Virus record (IMG/VR): IMGVR_UViG_3300020045_009341
Location: 1-34,442 of that record
Origin: a virus
Taxonomy: Duplodnaviria > Caudoviricetes
Reading direction: 5' to 3' (one strand)
Length of the DNA: 34,442 bases
This document shows, one piece after another, positions 27,088-34,442 of the stretch. Positions within the stretch are counted from its first letter, which is position 1; every line of letters begins with the position of its first letter. The position numbers were made by a program, and so were the translations under genes. The notes beneath the pieces were generated by a model, which was not told the origin of the DNA, made no database searches, and saw nothing but the letters and a program-made list of their open reading frames with translations.

Positions 27088-28370
27088 TTTTATTCCACAT
27101 CCTATTCTTCTACAGCCTCTACACCAAACCTTTCCAACTAGCAACTTCAGAGCTCTTATCGACTTTCTTCCCCTCATGGATAAAACTAGGTAGAGGCGGT
27201 CGTGATACTTACTGGCTTGTGCCTAATGCTCACCCTGTTCTGGCTACTTATTATCCTATTCACCGTATTACTGCCTTTATTGGGGCTCGGCTTAACCTTG
27301 ACATGGCGTTTGTTTTACTGGTGTATACGCTGCTTCTACATACTCTGTTTGCTTCTATTGGCTGGTACCTTGCTTTTCGGACTCTATTTGACCCTCTGGT
27401 GGCTGTGTTTGGTGCTATTACGGCCTCTTATATGGCTTATTCACTAAAGCAACAGCCTTGTGCTGTGTACACTATGGCATGGTTACCTTTTCTCTTGTTA
27501 GGAATACAAATACATAGTATACTATTGGCAGGAATCTCCTTTGGGATGATTCTACTAGCTGGTTATTATCCTATAGGCATCTACTCCACGCTGCTTGCGG
27601 TTTGTGCATCAGTCTGGCGGGACACCCCCCTCTTGTGGATACCTATAGGATTCGCTATTGGGCTAGTTCAGTTAGTTCCTTTTCTGCGTTATCTCCCTAA
27701 GACAATCCGAAAAGTCAAATCCACATCTGTTAAACCTGGACCCTGGGAAACCAACTTTTACATGGGTATAATCCCAATCATTTCACTTATCATTAACCCA
27801 CAATGGAGGTACTTATGGATACTGGCTCCAATCGTCTTAAGTATTGTATTGAAGTCATTCTTGCCGAGAATCCATTACCGAGCATGGATAATCAGTTCTT
27901 ATCTAGTTGTTTGGATGTCGCTTTCACGCCTAACCCATGGATTGATTATTCCAGTTTTAATTCTTCAAAGCCTGGACCTCTGGCTCCATAACCGAAGTTT
28001 ACTCCCTACCCGTCCCTACTGTGAGCTTTACCAGCGGCCTCTTCTAGTGTTTAAATCACGTTTGGTAAAGTACTTGGAATTGCATCTGGGGACGGATAGG
28101 GTTTCAGGGCTTCCATTTCCACTCTTTACTGGACTCATTAACAACTTCAACACACTTGGCTACTGTGGAGGTATGCAACTTAAACTCATGGCTAAGTGGC
28201 GTGGAGACACAGACCCTAATGGTGCAGGAAATCATGACTACTTTCGTGGAAAGGAGGATGGAGCTCAACTTGTTACAAGCAGAGTCAAATTCGCATACAC
28301 TCGCTCGGGAATTAATTGGGAAAGTACACCAATCCCACACTTATACAAGAATCCAAACTACGGTAATTAG
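27075..28370 (+). CDS. Polytopic membrane protein, YfhO-like (GT-C)
   Basis: Many TM helices. YW...AHPVLATYYP, LFASIGWY, MAWLPF, LLAGYYP and QLVP segments resemble YfhO; GAGGA RBS. Confidence 0.6.
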   Translation: MCWLVLFHILFFYSLYTKPFQLATSELLSTFFPSWIKLGRGGRDTYWLVPNAHPVLATYYPIHRITAFIGARLNLDMAFVLLVYTLLLHTLFASIGWYLAFRTLFDPLVAVFGAITASYMAYSLKQQPCAVYTMAWLPFLLLGIQIHSILLAGISFGMILLAGYYPIGIYSTLLAVCASVWRDTPLLWIPIGFAIGLVQLVPFLRYLPKTIRKVKSTSVKPGPWETNFYMGIIPIISLIINPQWRYLWILAPIVLSIVLKSFLPRIHYRAWIISSYLVVWMSLSRLTHGLIIPVLILQSLDLWLHNRSLLPTRPYCELYQRPLLVFKSRLVKYLELHLGTDRVSGLPFPLFTGLINNFNTLGYCGGMQLKLMAKWRGDTDPNGAGNHDYFRGKEDGAQLVTSRVKFAYTRSGINWESTPIPHLYKNPNYGN

Positions 28371-28386
28371 CCTTAATCACAATAAC

Positions 28387-28638
28387 ATGGCAGTATTTAC
28401 CACTTTGGGTATGGGGGCAATAGCCTCAGCGTTGGAAGAGGCGGCTCCATTTTATGCGTGTAGCGGTCAGTATCATAAGTTTTATTCTAAGACTAAGTTT
28501 AATATTGGGAGCAATGCGTTGGCATTCATTCAAGGAACGGGACTGGACCTGGTGATTAAAGTATACGATTTAGACTACGACCCTCAAGTATTACGTAACA
28601 CATTCTTTAGGATATTTCATGTTAAGCAGTCAGCCTGA
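28387..28638 (+). CDS. Hypothetical protein
   Basis: 83 aa filling the gap between the YfhO-like and GT2 genes. The longer ORF-track start at 28156 overlaps the upstream gene heavily. Confidence 0.45.
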   Translation: MAVFTTLGMGAIASALEEAAPFYACSGQYHKFYSKTKFNIGSNALAFIQGTGLDLVIKVYDLDYDPQVLRNTFFRIFHVKQSA

Positions 28639-29629
28639 CGTTAGTTGCGTGATTTGTCATCATACTGGCGACCTTGTACAAGGATGCCTGGAATCCCTAG
28701 TAAAATCTAAAGGTATTAAGTTCGAGATTATTGTCGTTACCTCTGACAACACTTTTAGACAAAGGATAGATGACAGAATCAAAGTCTACTTAATGGCTGG
28801 AATGCCTGCGGCTAAGAGAAATTTTGGTGTATCAGTTTCTAAAGGAGATTACATAGCCTTCTTTGACGATGACACCGAGATTGATAAGGACTGCTTGACA
28901 ATTTTTAAGCAAACGCTTGACAATAACGACTGTGAGATGGTTTACGGTAAGTTATGGAATATGGAGCACCGCAATAGGTTTGATGAAGCTGGTGGATTCA
29001 TGACTTGGACTGGCTTTATCTGGTCTAGGGCTGGGCAGAATGACATAGACCGAGGGCAATATGACAGCCTCCAGTACATTTTGGCGGGTAAATCAGCTTC
29101 TTGTATGGTGACTAGGAAGGCGTTTAATGAGGTGGGTGGATTTGATGAATCATTCGGTATCTTGGGCGAAGAAACTGACTTAAGCTGGAGATTGTGGCTT
29201 AAGAATTGCAAAGTGATGTTCTGTCCGCAGGCTACAGGGTGGCACGCCTTCAACACAAAATTCAAGCCACCAGAAAAATTCTACACTTCCGATAGAGTTC
29301 AATTTAACGGAACACGTAATTATCTCACGATGTTAATTAAAAATCTCGGAAGGAGTCACCTATGGATAATCCCGATTCACAGCTCAATCTGGTTTTTTGC
29401 TGGACTTGTCATGCTTATCACAGGAAAGCGACAACAGGGTTGGAACATCTGGAGAGGACTTTGGTACGTAATAAGCCATCTAAAAGAAATACTCGTCAAA
29501 CGTGGGCAAATACAGACTACTAGGAGGATAAGTGAGAAGAGACTTTGGAAAACCATATATTGTGTTCCACCAAGAGGGTACGCATGGCAGCGTTTCTCCC
29601 GTTACCTTCGAATCGGGCTCCACGGTTGA
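28619..29629 (+). CDS. GT2 glycosyltransferase (WbbL/rhamnosyltransferase-like)
   Basis: KRNFGVSVSKGDYIAFFDDDT, SASCMVTRKAFNEVGGFDE, EETDLSWRL. Confidence 0.9.
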   Translation: MLSSQPDVSCVICHHTGDLVQGCLESLVKSKGIKFEIIVVTSDNTFRQRIDDRIKVYLMAGMPAAKRNFGVSVSKGDYIAFFDDDTEIDKDCLTIFKQTLDNNDCEMVYGKLWNMEHRNRFDEAGGFMTWTGFIWSRAGQNDIDRGQYDSLQYILAGKSASCMVTRKAFNEVGGFDESFGILGEETDLSWRLWLKNCKVMFCPQATGWHAFNTKFKPPEKFYTSDRVQFNGTRNYLTMLIKNLGRSHLWIIPIHSSIWFFAGLVMLITGKRQQGWNIWRGLWYVISHLKEILVKRGQIQTTRRISEKRLWKTIYCVPPRGYAWQRFSRYLRIGLHG

Positions 29630-30287
29630 TTATTCCCCATGGCAGGATATGTACCGAAAGGACAAATATGCCCGTGACCGAGTCATGCTTTCCGCAAGAC
29701 TTCTCTTGCCCTACCTCAAAGACAACGACCTAGTCCTAGACGTAGGCTGCTTCACGCAAGAAGCAAAGAAGTATTATCCTTCATGGATAAAGTATCACGG
29801 TATTGACCAGAAGAAGTTTCATCACATGACGCAGGAGGTTGATTTAAACCATGGATTTGAGCCGATACCATGCCAAGCGGCGTTGTGCCTGGAAACTCTG
29901 GAACACCTACTAGACCCTTTAGATACTTTAGAATCAATAGAGAAGTCTCTCTGTCCTGGTGGATACTTAGTAGTATCGTTACCAAACGAGAATACACTGT
30001 TCCATAGAATTCGGGCTTTATTCGGCACGGCAGACGCTGAGTGTTTTTCTGGAGAAGGCAAACACTTACACCTTCCTTCCTTACGACAATCCAGACTTTT
30101 CCTATCTGGTAGATTCCAGATTTTGAAGGAAGTCTACTACATTTCTCCATCAGGGTGTGGAAGTCGTCAAAGTTGGTTCGGGAGAGTTTTACAATTATTT
30201 CCAGACGGGGTACATCAGTATCTCGCAGATAAGCTTCCATCACTTTTTGCACGAGGGTTTATTTTTCTGTTGAAGAAGCATTCTTAG
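29532..30287 (+). CDS. Class I SAM-dependent methyltransferase
   Basis: VLDVGC, VDLN, LETLEHLLDP, LCPGGYLVVSLPN. The true start is probably near 29626-29649. Confidence 0.88.
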   Translation: MRRDFGKPYIVFHQEGTHGSVSPVTFESGSTVDYSPWQDMYRKDKYARDRVMLSARLLLPYLKDNDLVLDVGCFTQEAKKYYPSWIKYHGIDQKKFHHMTQEVDLNHGFEPIPCQAALCLETLEHLLDPLDTLESIEKSLCPGGYLVVSLPNENTLFHRIRALFGTADAECFSGEGKHLHLPSLRQSRLFLSGRFQILKEVYYISPSGCGSRQSWFGRVLQLFPDGVHQYLADKLPSLFARGFIFLLKKHS

Positions 30288-30696
30288 AATATTCAGAAAA
30301 TCTTTCTGCTTCTAATATTGGCAAATTACCTTCAGTAGGAACATAAACAACCTGCATTTGGTTAGTTTGCATACCTTGTATCCAAAGGTATCTTAAATAG
30401 CTCTCATTTTCCTTTAAACTTGCTCCTATGATTTTGTTTGCCTCAGAAACACCTTTGGCTCTTTCAACTTCTGCCAAAGCTAATGATTTCGATGCCTCTA
30501 ATTTTGCCATAGCCTCTTTAATTGAAATCTGTCTATTCCATTCAGCTTGTTTCAACTCTGCTTCTCCAGCCAATCCTTTTTGCCATACATTGTACACTGG
30601 GGCTATATAAGATAAAGAACCTACTGAAATTAAAAATATTATTAAAAAAGTAATTAAAGACTTAGGTTTAATTCCAAATTCCTCAAGTAAGCTCAT
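30259..30696 (-). CDS. Membrane-anchored protein, SPFH/band-7 C-terminal-like
   Basis: N-terminal TM; AEVERAKGVSEANKIIGASL...YLRYLWIQ...VYVPTEGNLPILEA. Confidence 0.7.
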   Translation of the reverse strand: MSLLEEFGIKPKSLITFLIIFLISVGSLSYIAPVYNVWQKGLAGEAELKQAEWNRQISIKEAMAKLEASKSLALAEVERAKGVSEANKIIGASLKENESYLRYLWIQGMQTNQMQVVYVPTEGNLPILEAERFSEYSKNASSTEK

Positions 30697-30714
30697 TAGT
30701 TTATCTCCTTTGGT

Positions 30715-31011
30715 TTATTTTTTTACTTCAACGAAGTGCCAGTTGACCTTATCCGACTTCTTGACTGTAGAATTTGCGTTGTAGTGCCGAGTATCCCCAT
30801 TCACTGAAACTTCCCAGTAAGACTTATCATCACCACACTTGTCGTCTATGCACTTCACCTCAAACGGATACCAGCACACAAATCCTTGAGTAACCTTGTG
30901 ATTTCTCTGGAGCAATTTTAATGGTGTGATTCTTGATATCTGAGCTTGTGGATTAGGTAGTGTTGTGTGATACACAGGTTGAAACAATAATGCCATAATC
31001 GCCTCTATCAT
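30715..31011 (-). CDS. DUF4430 / transcobalamin C-terminal-like domain protein
   Basis: VKCID...YWEVSVNG...ANSTVKKSDKVNWHF resembles the DUF4430 pattern. Confidence 0.6.
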   Translation of the reverse strand: MIEAIMALLFQPVYHTTLPNPQAQISRITPLKLLQRNHKVTQGFVCWYPFEVKCIDDKCGDDKSYWEVSVNGDTRHYNANSTVKKSDKVNWHFVEVKK

Positions 31012-31253
31012 ACTTTCTCCTTATATATCCACACTTGATAATCACCAGTCATTGTAAACATACGGCTAGACTTAAACCTTGCTAATCTAGCGGCTCTTTG
31101 GAGAGAGATAGCTTGGTTCATGGTAGGAAGCACAACAGAACCCCCACTGTCAATCCTAGCAACTAACCTTAGCCACTTGCCCTTACCTTCCAAGGGCTTT
31201 TCGGATGGAGCAAGAACTTTAACCTTATCTAGATTTATCATTTTTGACTCCAT
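31008..31253 (-). CDS. Hypothetical protein (possible DNA-binding)
   Basis: 81 aa, basic; ATGA overlap with the downstream gene. Confidence 0.5.
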   Translation of the reverse strand: MESKMINLDKVKVLAPSEKPLEGKGKWLRLVARIDSGGSVVLPTMNQAISLQRAARLARFKSSRMFTMTGDYQVWIYKEKV

Positions 31254-31371
31254 TGTAACGTAAATCGCAGAGATGTTTTATTTTAGACGATAGAAGCCTG
31301 ACCTTAGACACCATATTCATGTACTGTTTTTGAGCATTCTTTATTTCTTTATCCAATTTAGACTGATTCAT
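31225..31371 (-). CDS. 48-aa hypothetical protein (not in ORF track)
   Basis: MNQSKLDKEIKNAQKQYMNMVSKVRLLSSKIKHLCDLRYNGVKNDKSR*, with GAGGA upstream; fills the gap. Confidence 0.45.
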   Translation of the reverse strand: MNQSKLDKEIKNAQKQYMNMVSKVRLLSSKIKHLCDLRYNGVKNDKSR

Positions 31372-31692
31372 CTAAACATTTTCCTCACACGTAACAGTTG
31401 CTGGAATTCCATAACCAGAGTAAATAACATTTGCTATTAAATTATCTTCACATTCAAAATCATTTATATCTATTTTTCTATTTCCTACAATTACCCATAT
31501 TTTTGTTGGGTAAGAAGTTATAAAATCATAATCATTTTTAACCCGATACATTTTTTTAGGAATTCTACTTTTGTTTGAACTAGCCATAGAAGATGAATCA
31601 TTATCATTTGAAATTACAACAGGAAAACAAAATGAACAATTTTGATACATAAACAATGACACAATAGTACTAATAACTATTTTTTTAACCAT
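31372..31692 (-). CDS. Putative secreted protein, AT-rich
   Basis: MVKKIVISTIVSLFM signal-peptide-like start with a GAGG RBS; 106 aa. Confidence 0.55.
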   Translation of the reverse strand: MVKKIVISTIVSLFMYQNCSFCFPVVISNDNDSSSMASSNKSRIPKKMYRVKNDYDFITSYPTKIWVIVGNRKIDINDFECEDNLIANVIYSGYGIPATVTCEENV

Positions 31693-32768
31693 AATTTCCT
31701 CATTTTCTCCTCCAAGATTAAACGTCCTCCACGAGCCATGTAGGTTACATCTTGCCATTTTCTGATGTCCTTAATCTTGTGATACCAAAACTCTGGACTT
31801 CTGTACGCATCATAAATCATAGGAATATACTTGTGTCCGTGAGAGTTGGGGTCTGGGGCTGTCCTGGGAGGACTGTAAACTGAGGCTTGGGCGGTTTTGG
31901 CGTAGCCTTTCTTTAGAAGATGATGAACCAGTCGGACTGTGTTCATGGAGTCTTCATGATTTTCCCACTCGTATCCAAACATACTGGTCAAATGGACCTC
32001 AAGCCCTGCATCAGCCATGGCCTTAATATTCTCTATGACTTTCTCGGATTCTTGACCTTTTTTAATCCTGTCTATAGTCTTCTGATTAGCAGACTCAACA
32101 CCGACCAAAATAAACCGAAATCCAGCCTCTTTCATAAGCTTGAAAGGCACGACTTTCTCTGCGATTGGTTTCATGTTGCAGCCGAGGACTATTTTTTTGT
32201 TACGACCTTTTTCCAGCATACGCTTACAAAAAGTATTAAGCCAATCACCAATAGGAAAAGTCCCAGAGTCATCGAACACCTCACGAAATCCAAGACTTGT
32301 AAGATTGTCGATTTCTTCAATACAATGCTCAACACTTCTGAGTCCACGTTTTTCTCCTTGTTGTAGTTTTAATGTGTCCACGCAAAAAGTGCACTTTCCC
32401 CACCAGCAAAGATTACTTGCCATCATGTGAGTCGCTGGATGGAGCTTGTAGTTCCCATACGACTGCCACCTTTTATTCTTAGCATCTGTAAAAACTCGGT
32501 CTGGGTAAGGAAGCTTCTCGAATGGGATATCTATTTGGAAGTCATCGTATATTTCTTTGTCAATTTTTTCTCTGACCAAAAACGGGTCATCCCATAATCC
32601 ACCCGAAGGAACTCTTTCTACCCTCATTATAGGCTTGTCCCATAAAACCTCATGCCCCTCATTCCTCAAATAAGTGGCGTAGGCAGCCATGTGAGCAGGG
32701 TACACCCACACAGCTTTTTCAAACTGCCGTTGTTGATTCCATGGATTAAGAGGAAATAGATATCTCAT
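31677..32768 (-). CDS. Radical SAM enzyme (class B-like core, reduced N-terminal domain)
   Basis: LPYPDR, CWWGKCTFC (Cx4Cx2C), RSVEHCIEEI, MKEAGF..ILVGVESANQ, MFGYEWE. Confidence 0.88.
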   Translation of the reverse strand: MRYLFPLNPWNQQRQFEKAVWVYPAHMAAYATYLRNEGHEVLWDKPIMRVERVPSGGLWDDPFLVREKIDKEIYDDFQIDIPFEKLPYPDRVFTDAKNKRWQSYGNYKLHPATHMMASNLCWWGKCTFCVDTLKLQQGEKRGLRSVEHCIEEIDNLTSLGFREVFDDSGTFPIGDWLNTFCKRMLEKGRNKKIVLGCNMKPIAEKVVPFKLMKEAGFRFILVGVESANQKTIDRIKKGQESEKVIENIKAMADAGLEVHLTSMFGYEWENHEDSMNTVRLVHHLLKKGYAKTAQASVYSPPRTAPDPNSHGHKYIPMIYDAYRSPEFWYHKIKDIRKWQDVTYMARGGRLILEEKMRKLWLKK

Positions 32769-33279
32769 TTATTACCTTCTCAAGTTTAGATGCAAGTTTC
32801 CTACACGATTCCAAAAAGTCCTTTTCTGAGTTTTCTCCAACGATGTCAGAGACTATCTTTAATACCTCATACTTTATATTAAGCCTTAGGCAGGCATCTA
32901 CGAAAGCATAGGACTCCATATCAGTAACTGCTTTGTCGAAATCAAAAGTGTAAGGATTTGTTTTAAGGAAACTATCTTGGCTAATAATTGCACATGATAG
33001 CCGACCTGTTTGTAAAAGTTGATGTGGGTATTCTTCCAGAGGACTCACATCGTAATCTCCCTCAACAAATAGACAAGGTTTGACGACTTCTCCTATCTCT
33101 ACACCTTTCAAACCTCCACAGAAACCAGAAAGCACAATCTTGTCATAGCCTTCCTTTGCCAACTCGTAAATCTTATGAATCACATTAATCTTCCCCATTC
33201 CAGAAACATGATGAGGCACACTTAAAAACTCCGACTCAAACTTAGACGGAATTATTATAGCGATAGACTGATTTGACAT
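32746..33279 (-). CDS. MTA/SAH nucleosidase-like (PNP_UDP_1 family)
   Basis: SGMGKIN, SGFCGGL, DMESYA and KIVSD motifs. Confidence 0.8.
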   Translation of the reverse strand: MSNQSIAIIIPSKFESEFLSVPHHVSGMGKINVIHKIYELAKEGYDKIVLSGFCGGLKGVEIGEVVKPCLFVEGDYDVSPLEEYPHQLLQTGRLSCAIISQDSFLKTNPYTFDFDKAVTDMESYAFVDACLRLNIKYEVLKIVSDIVGENSEKDFLESCRKLASKLEKVINEISISS

Positions 33280-33769
33280 TGTATCCTTCAAGTTTTTTAC
33301 GACCCTCTAAGTACTCAAGTTCTATTAGGAAAACTATAGCCTTGACTTTCCCTCCACACTTCTCAATCAATTTAACTGAGGCTAAGGCTGTGCCACCTGT
33401 TGCCAGGACATCATCTATTAGGATTACCTTCTCTCCAGAGGCTATAGAGTCTTTATGAATCTCAAGCACCTCACGACTGTACTCTCCGTCACACATTTCC
33501 CTGTGACACTCCCTGGGCAACTTTCCAACTTTACGAATTGGTACGAATCCAGCGATTAAGTCCACAGCTACCAGGGGAGCTAACATAAACCCTCTAGACT
33601 CAATGCCCACTACTTTGTCTATGCCCTCAAACTCCCTACAAAGCTCATCGAGGTCTTGGGACATTTTGTATAACGCCATCTTATCTTGAAGGATAGGTGT
33701 GATGTCTCTAAACAATATGCCTGGTTTTGGGAAATCTTTTACTTCTAAAATCACTTCCCCTCCCTCCAT
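33242..33769 (-). CDS. apt: Adenine phosphoribosyltransferase
   Basis: DFPKPGILFRDITP, GIESRGF, IRKVGKLP, LIDDVLATGGT. The start may be GTG at 33754. Confidence 0.96.
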   Translation of the reverse strand: MEGGEVILEVKDFPKPGILFRDITPILQDKMALYKMSQDLDELCREFEGIDKVVGIESRGFMLAPLVAVDLIAGFVPIRKVGKLPRECHREMCDGEYSREVLEIHKDSIASGEKVILIDDVLATGGTALASVKLIEKCGGKVKAIVFLIELEYLEGRKKLEGYNVKSVYRYNNSV

Positions 33770-34002
33770 TGATTGAATTTGGTTAGGGCTTCTTCAGCAA
33801 TAACCCAAACATTGGGAAGCGATTGCTTGGGACTCCAATCTTTTATCTTCTCCAACGCCTCCGCCATTTCGGAGAGGAGGGCTGTGATAGATTCATTCTC
33901 CATCTTTAACTTAGCCGTGCAAGATTTCCAGGTAGCCTCTCCATTCTTCAACTCCTCAACTTGTTTCTCAAGAGCCTGGATTTTTTCTTGGTCGGGGGTC
34001 AT
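33751..34002 (-). CDS. Coiled-coil phage hypothetical protein
   Basis: 83 aa with an EMAEALEKI..AEEAL pattern; overlap-coupled. Confidence 0.6.
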   Translation of the reverse strand: MTPDQEKIQALEKQVEELKNGEATWKSCTAKLKMENESITALLSEMAEALEKIKDWSPKQSLPNVWVIAEEALTKFNQWREGK

Positions 34003-34103
34003 TTAATACATCTTCCAAATAAATAAAAACCAACAAATATACTAGCCAATATAAGGCCATGTACTATACCGATTTGATACGGAGACAATATTGGGTCACT
34101 CAT
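33999..34103 (-). CDS. 34-aa single-TM peptide (not in ORF track)
   Basis: MSDPILSPYQIGIVHGLILASIFVGFYLFGRCIK*, with a GAGGAG RBS and ATGA overlaps on both sides. Confidence 0.55.
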   Translation of the reverse strand: MSDPILSPYQIGIVHGLILASIFVGFYLFGRCIK

Positions 34104-34240
34104 TTATTTAACTCCTCTTTGGCTCTTGGCGGTTCGATTATTTCTACCTGATGTTTAGATTTGTGGAAACGGTAATTTTTACAATTATAACCATGACATT
34201 CAGGACACCAATAATTTACAATTCTTTCATCATTTCTCAT
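34100..34240 (-). CDS. 46-aa Cys/His peptide (not in ORF track)
   Basis: MRNDERIVNYWCPECHGYNCKNYRFHKSKHQVEIIEPPRAKEELNK*; GAGGT upstream; ATGA overlap with the downstream gene. Confidence 0.5.
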   Translation of the reverse strand: MRNDERIVNYWCPECHGYNCKNYRFHKSKHQVEIIEPPRAKEELNK

Positions 34241-34442
34241 TTACTTGACCTCTGGCGATGGATAGGGCAAGCACTACTACCGTCCATAGCTTTATGACCA
34301 ACAGCTTTGAAGCAACACTTTGACTTCAACAACTTCTCAACCTCTTTTTGATGGGCGGTGTCTTTGGCGTTTAAAGCCTTTGCGATAAGAATCAGAACCT
34401 GTGGAATCCCTCTATGCGAATCTTTCAGAATTTGATTAGCTA
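34237..34442 (-). CDS. Hypothetical protein, 5' end outside the window
   Basis: Open frame ANQILKDSH...CPIHRQRSSK* whose TGA overlaps the next ATG. Confidence 0.45.
   Translation of the reverse strand, partial: ANQILKDSHRGIPQVLILIAKALNAKDTAHQKEVEKLLKSKCCFKAVGHKAMDGSSACPIHRQRSSK

Noticed and set aside
15358-30287. Cluster as a DNA hypermodification system
   Set aside because: No base-hydroxymethylase, TET/JBP, queuosine-pathway or DNA-glycosyltransferase-like genes were seen, and the membrane GT-C and polyprenol GT2 point to envelope or protein targets. It is not fully excluded for the radical SAMs.
15461-34006. Nested alternative-frame or antisense ORFs in the track (e.g. 15831, 19069, 20350-21006, 26268, 29752, 31920, 33773)
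   Set aside because: They lie essentially within well-supported genes and show no motifs or RBS.
1-34442. Stop-codon reassignment
   Set aside because: Genes tile densely under code 11, and TAA, TAG and TGA all end recognisable full-length proteins.
1-34442. tRNA/rRNA genes, integrase or att sites
   Set aside because: None were recognisable by eye and intergenic space is minimal. A covariance-model scan was not possible.

Overview
This window is part of a tailed bacterial virus genome (Caudoviricetes). The layout looks podovirus-like: there are adaptor/nozzle and internal-virion genes but no tape measure, sheath or baseplate. Bases ~1-15235 (+) form the morphogenesis module: capsid cement, an HK97/Mu-gpT-like major capsid protein, Ser/Thr/Gly/Asn-rich virion proteins including an N[ST]AGW-repeat fibre, holin-like genes plus micro-ORFs missing from the ORF track, an antisense HNH insertion, an adaptor, a nozzle with a LamG insert, and three putative ejection proteins. 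A near-consensus bidirectional sigma70 promoter at 15321-15370 precedes a ~15 kb glycan synthesis and tailoring cluster (15358-30287, +). That cluster holds a TMTC-like GT-C, an NDP-sugar epimerase, a cupin, gmd, four GT2s, a roofless GroES, two methyltransferases, a deacetylase, an intein-containing B12 radical SAM, a SPASM/twitch radical SAM, a DUF1289-like minipeptide and a YfhO-like membrane protein. The convergent minus-strand block carries a third radical SAM, an MTA/SAH nucleosidase-like enzyme, apt and a DUF4430-like protein, which together suggest SAM by-product salvage and cobalamin support. The main candidates for novelty are (1) a phage protein/surface glycosylation system with its own SAM salvage and (2) two tandem prepilin-like micropeptides. 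All family calls come from motif recognition by eye; no database searches were run.
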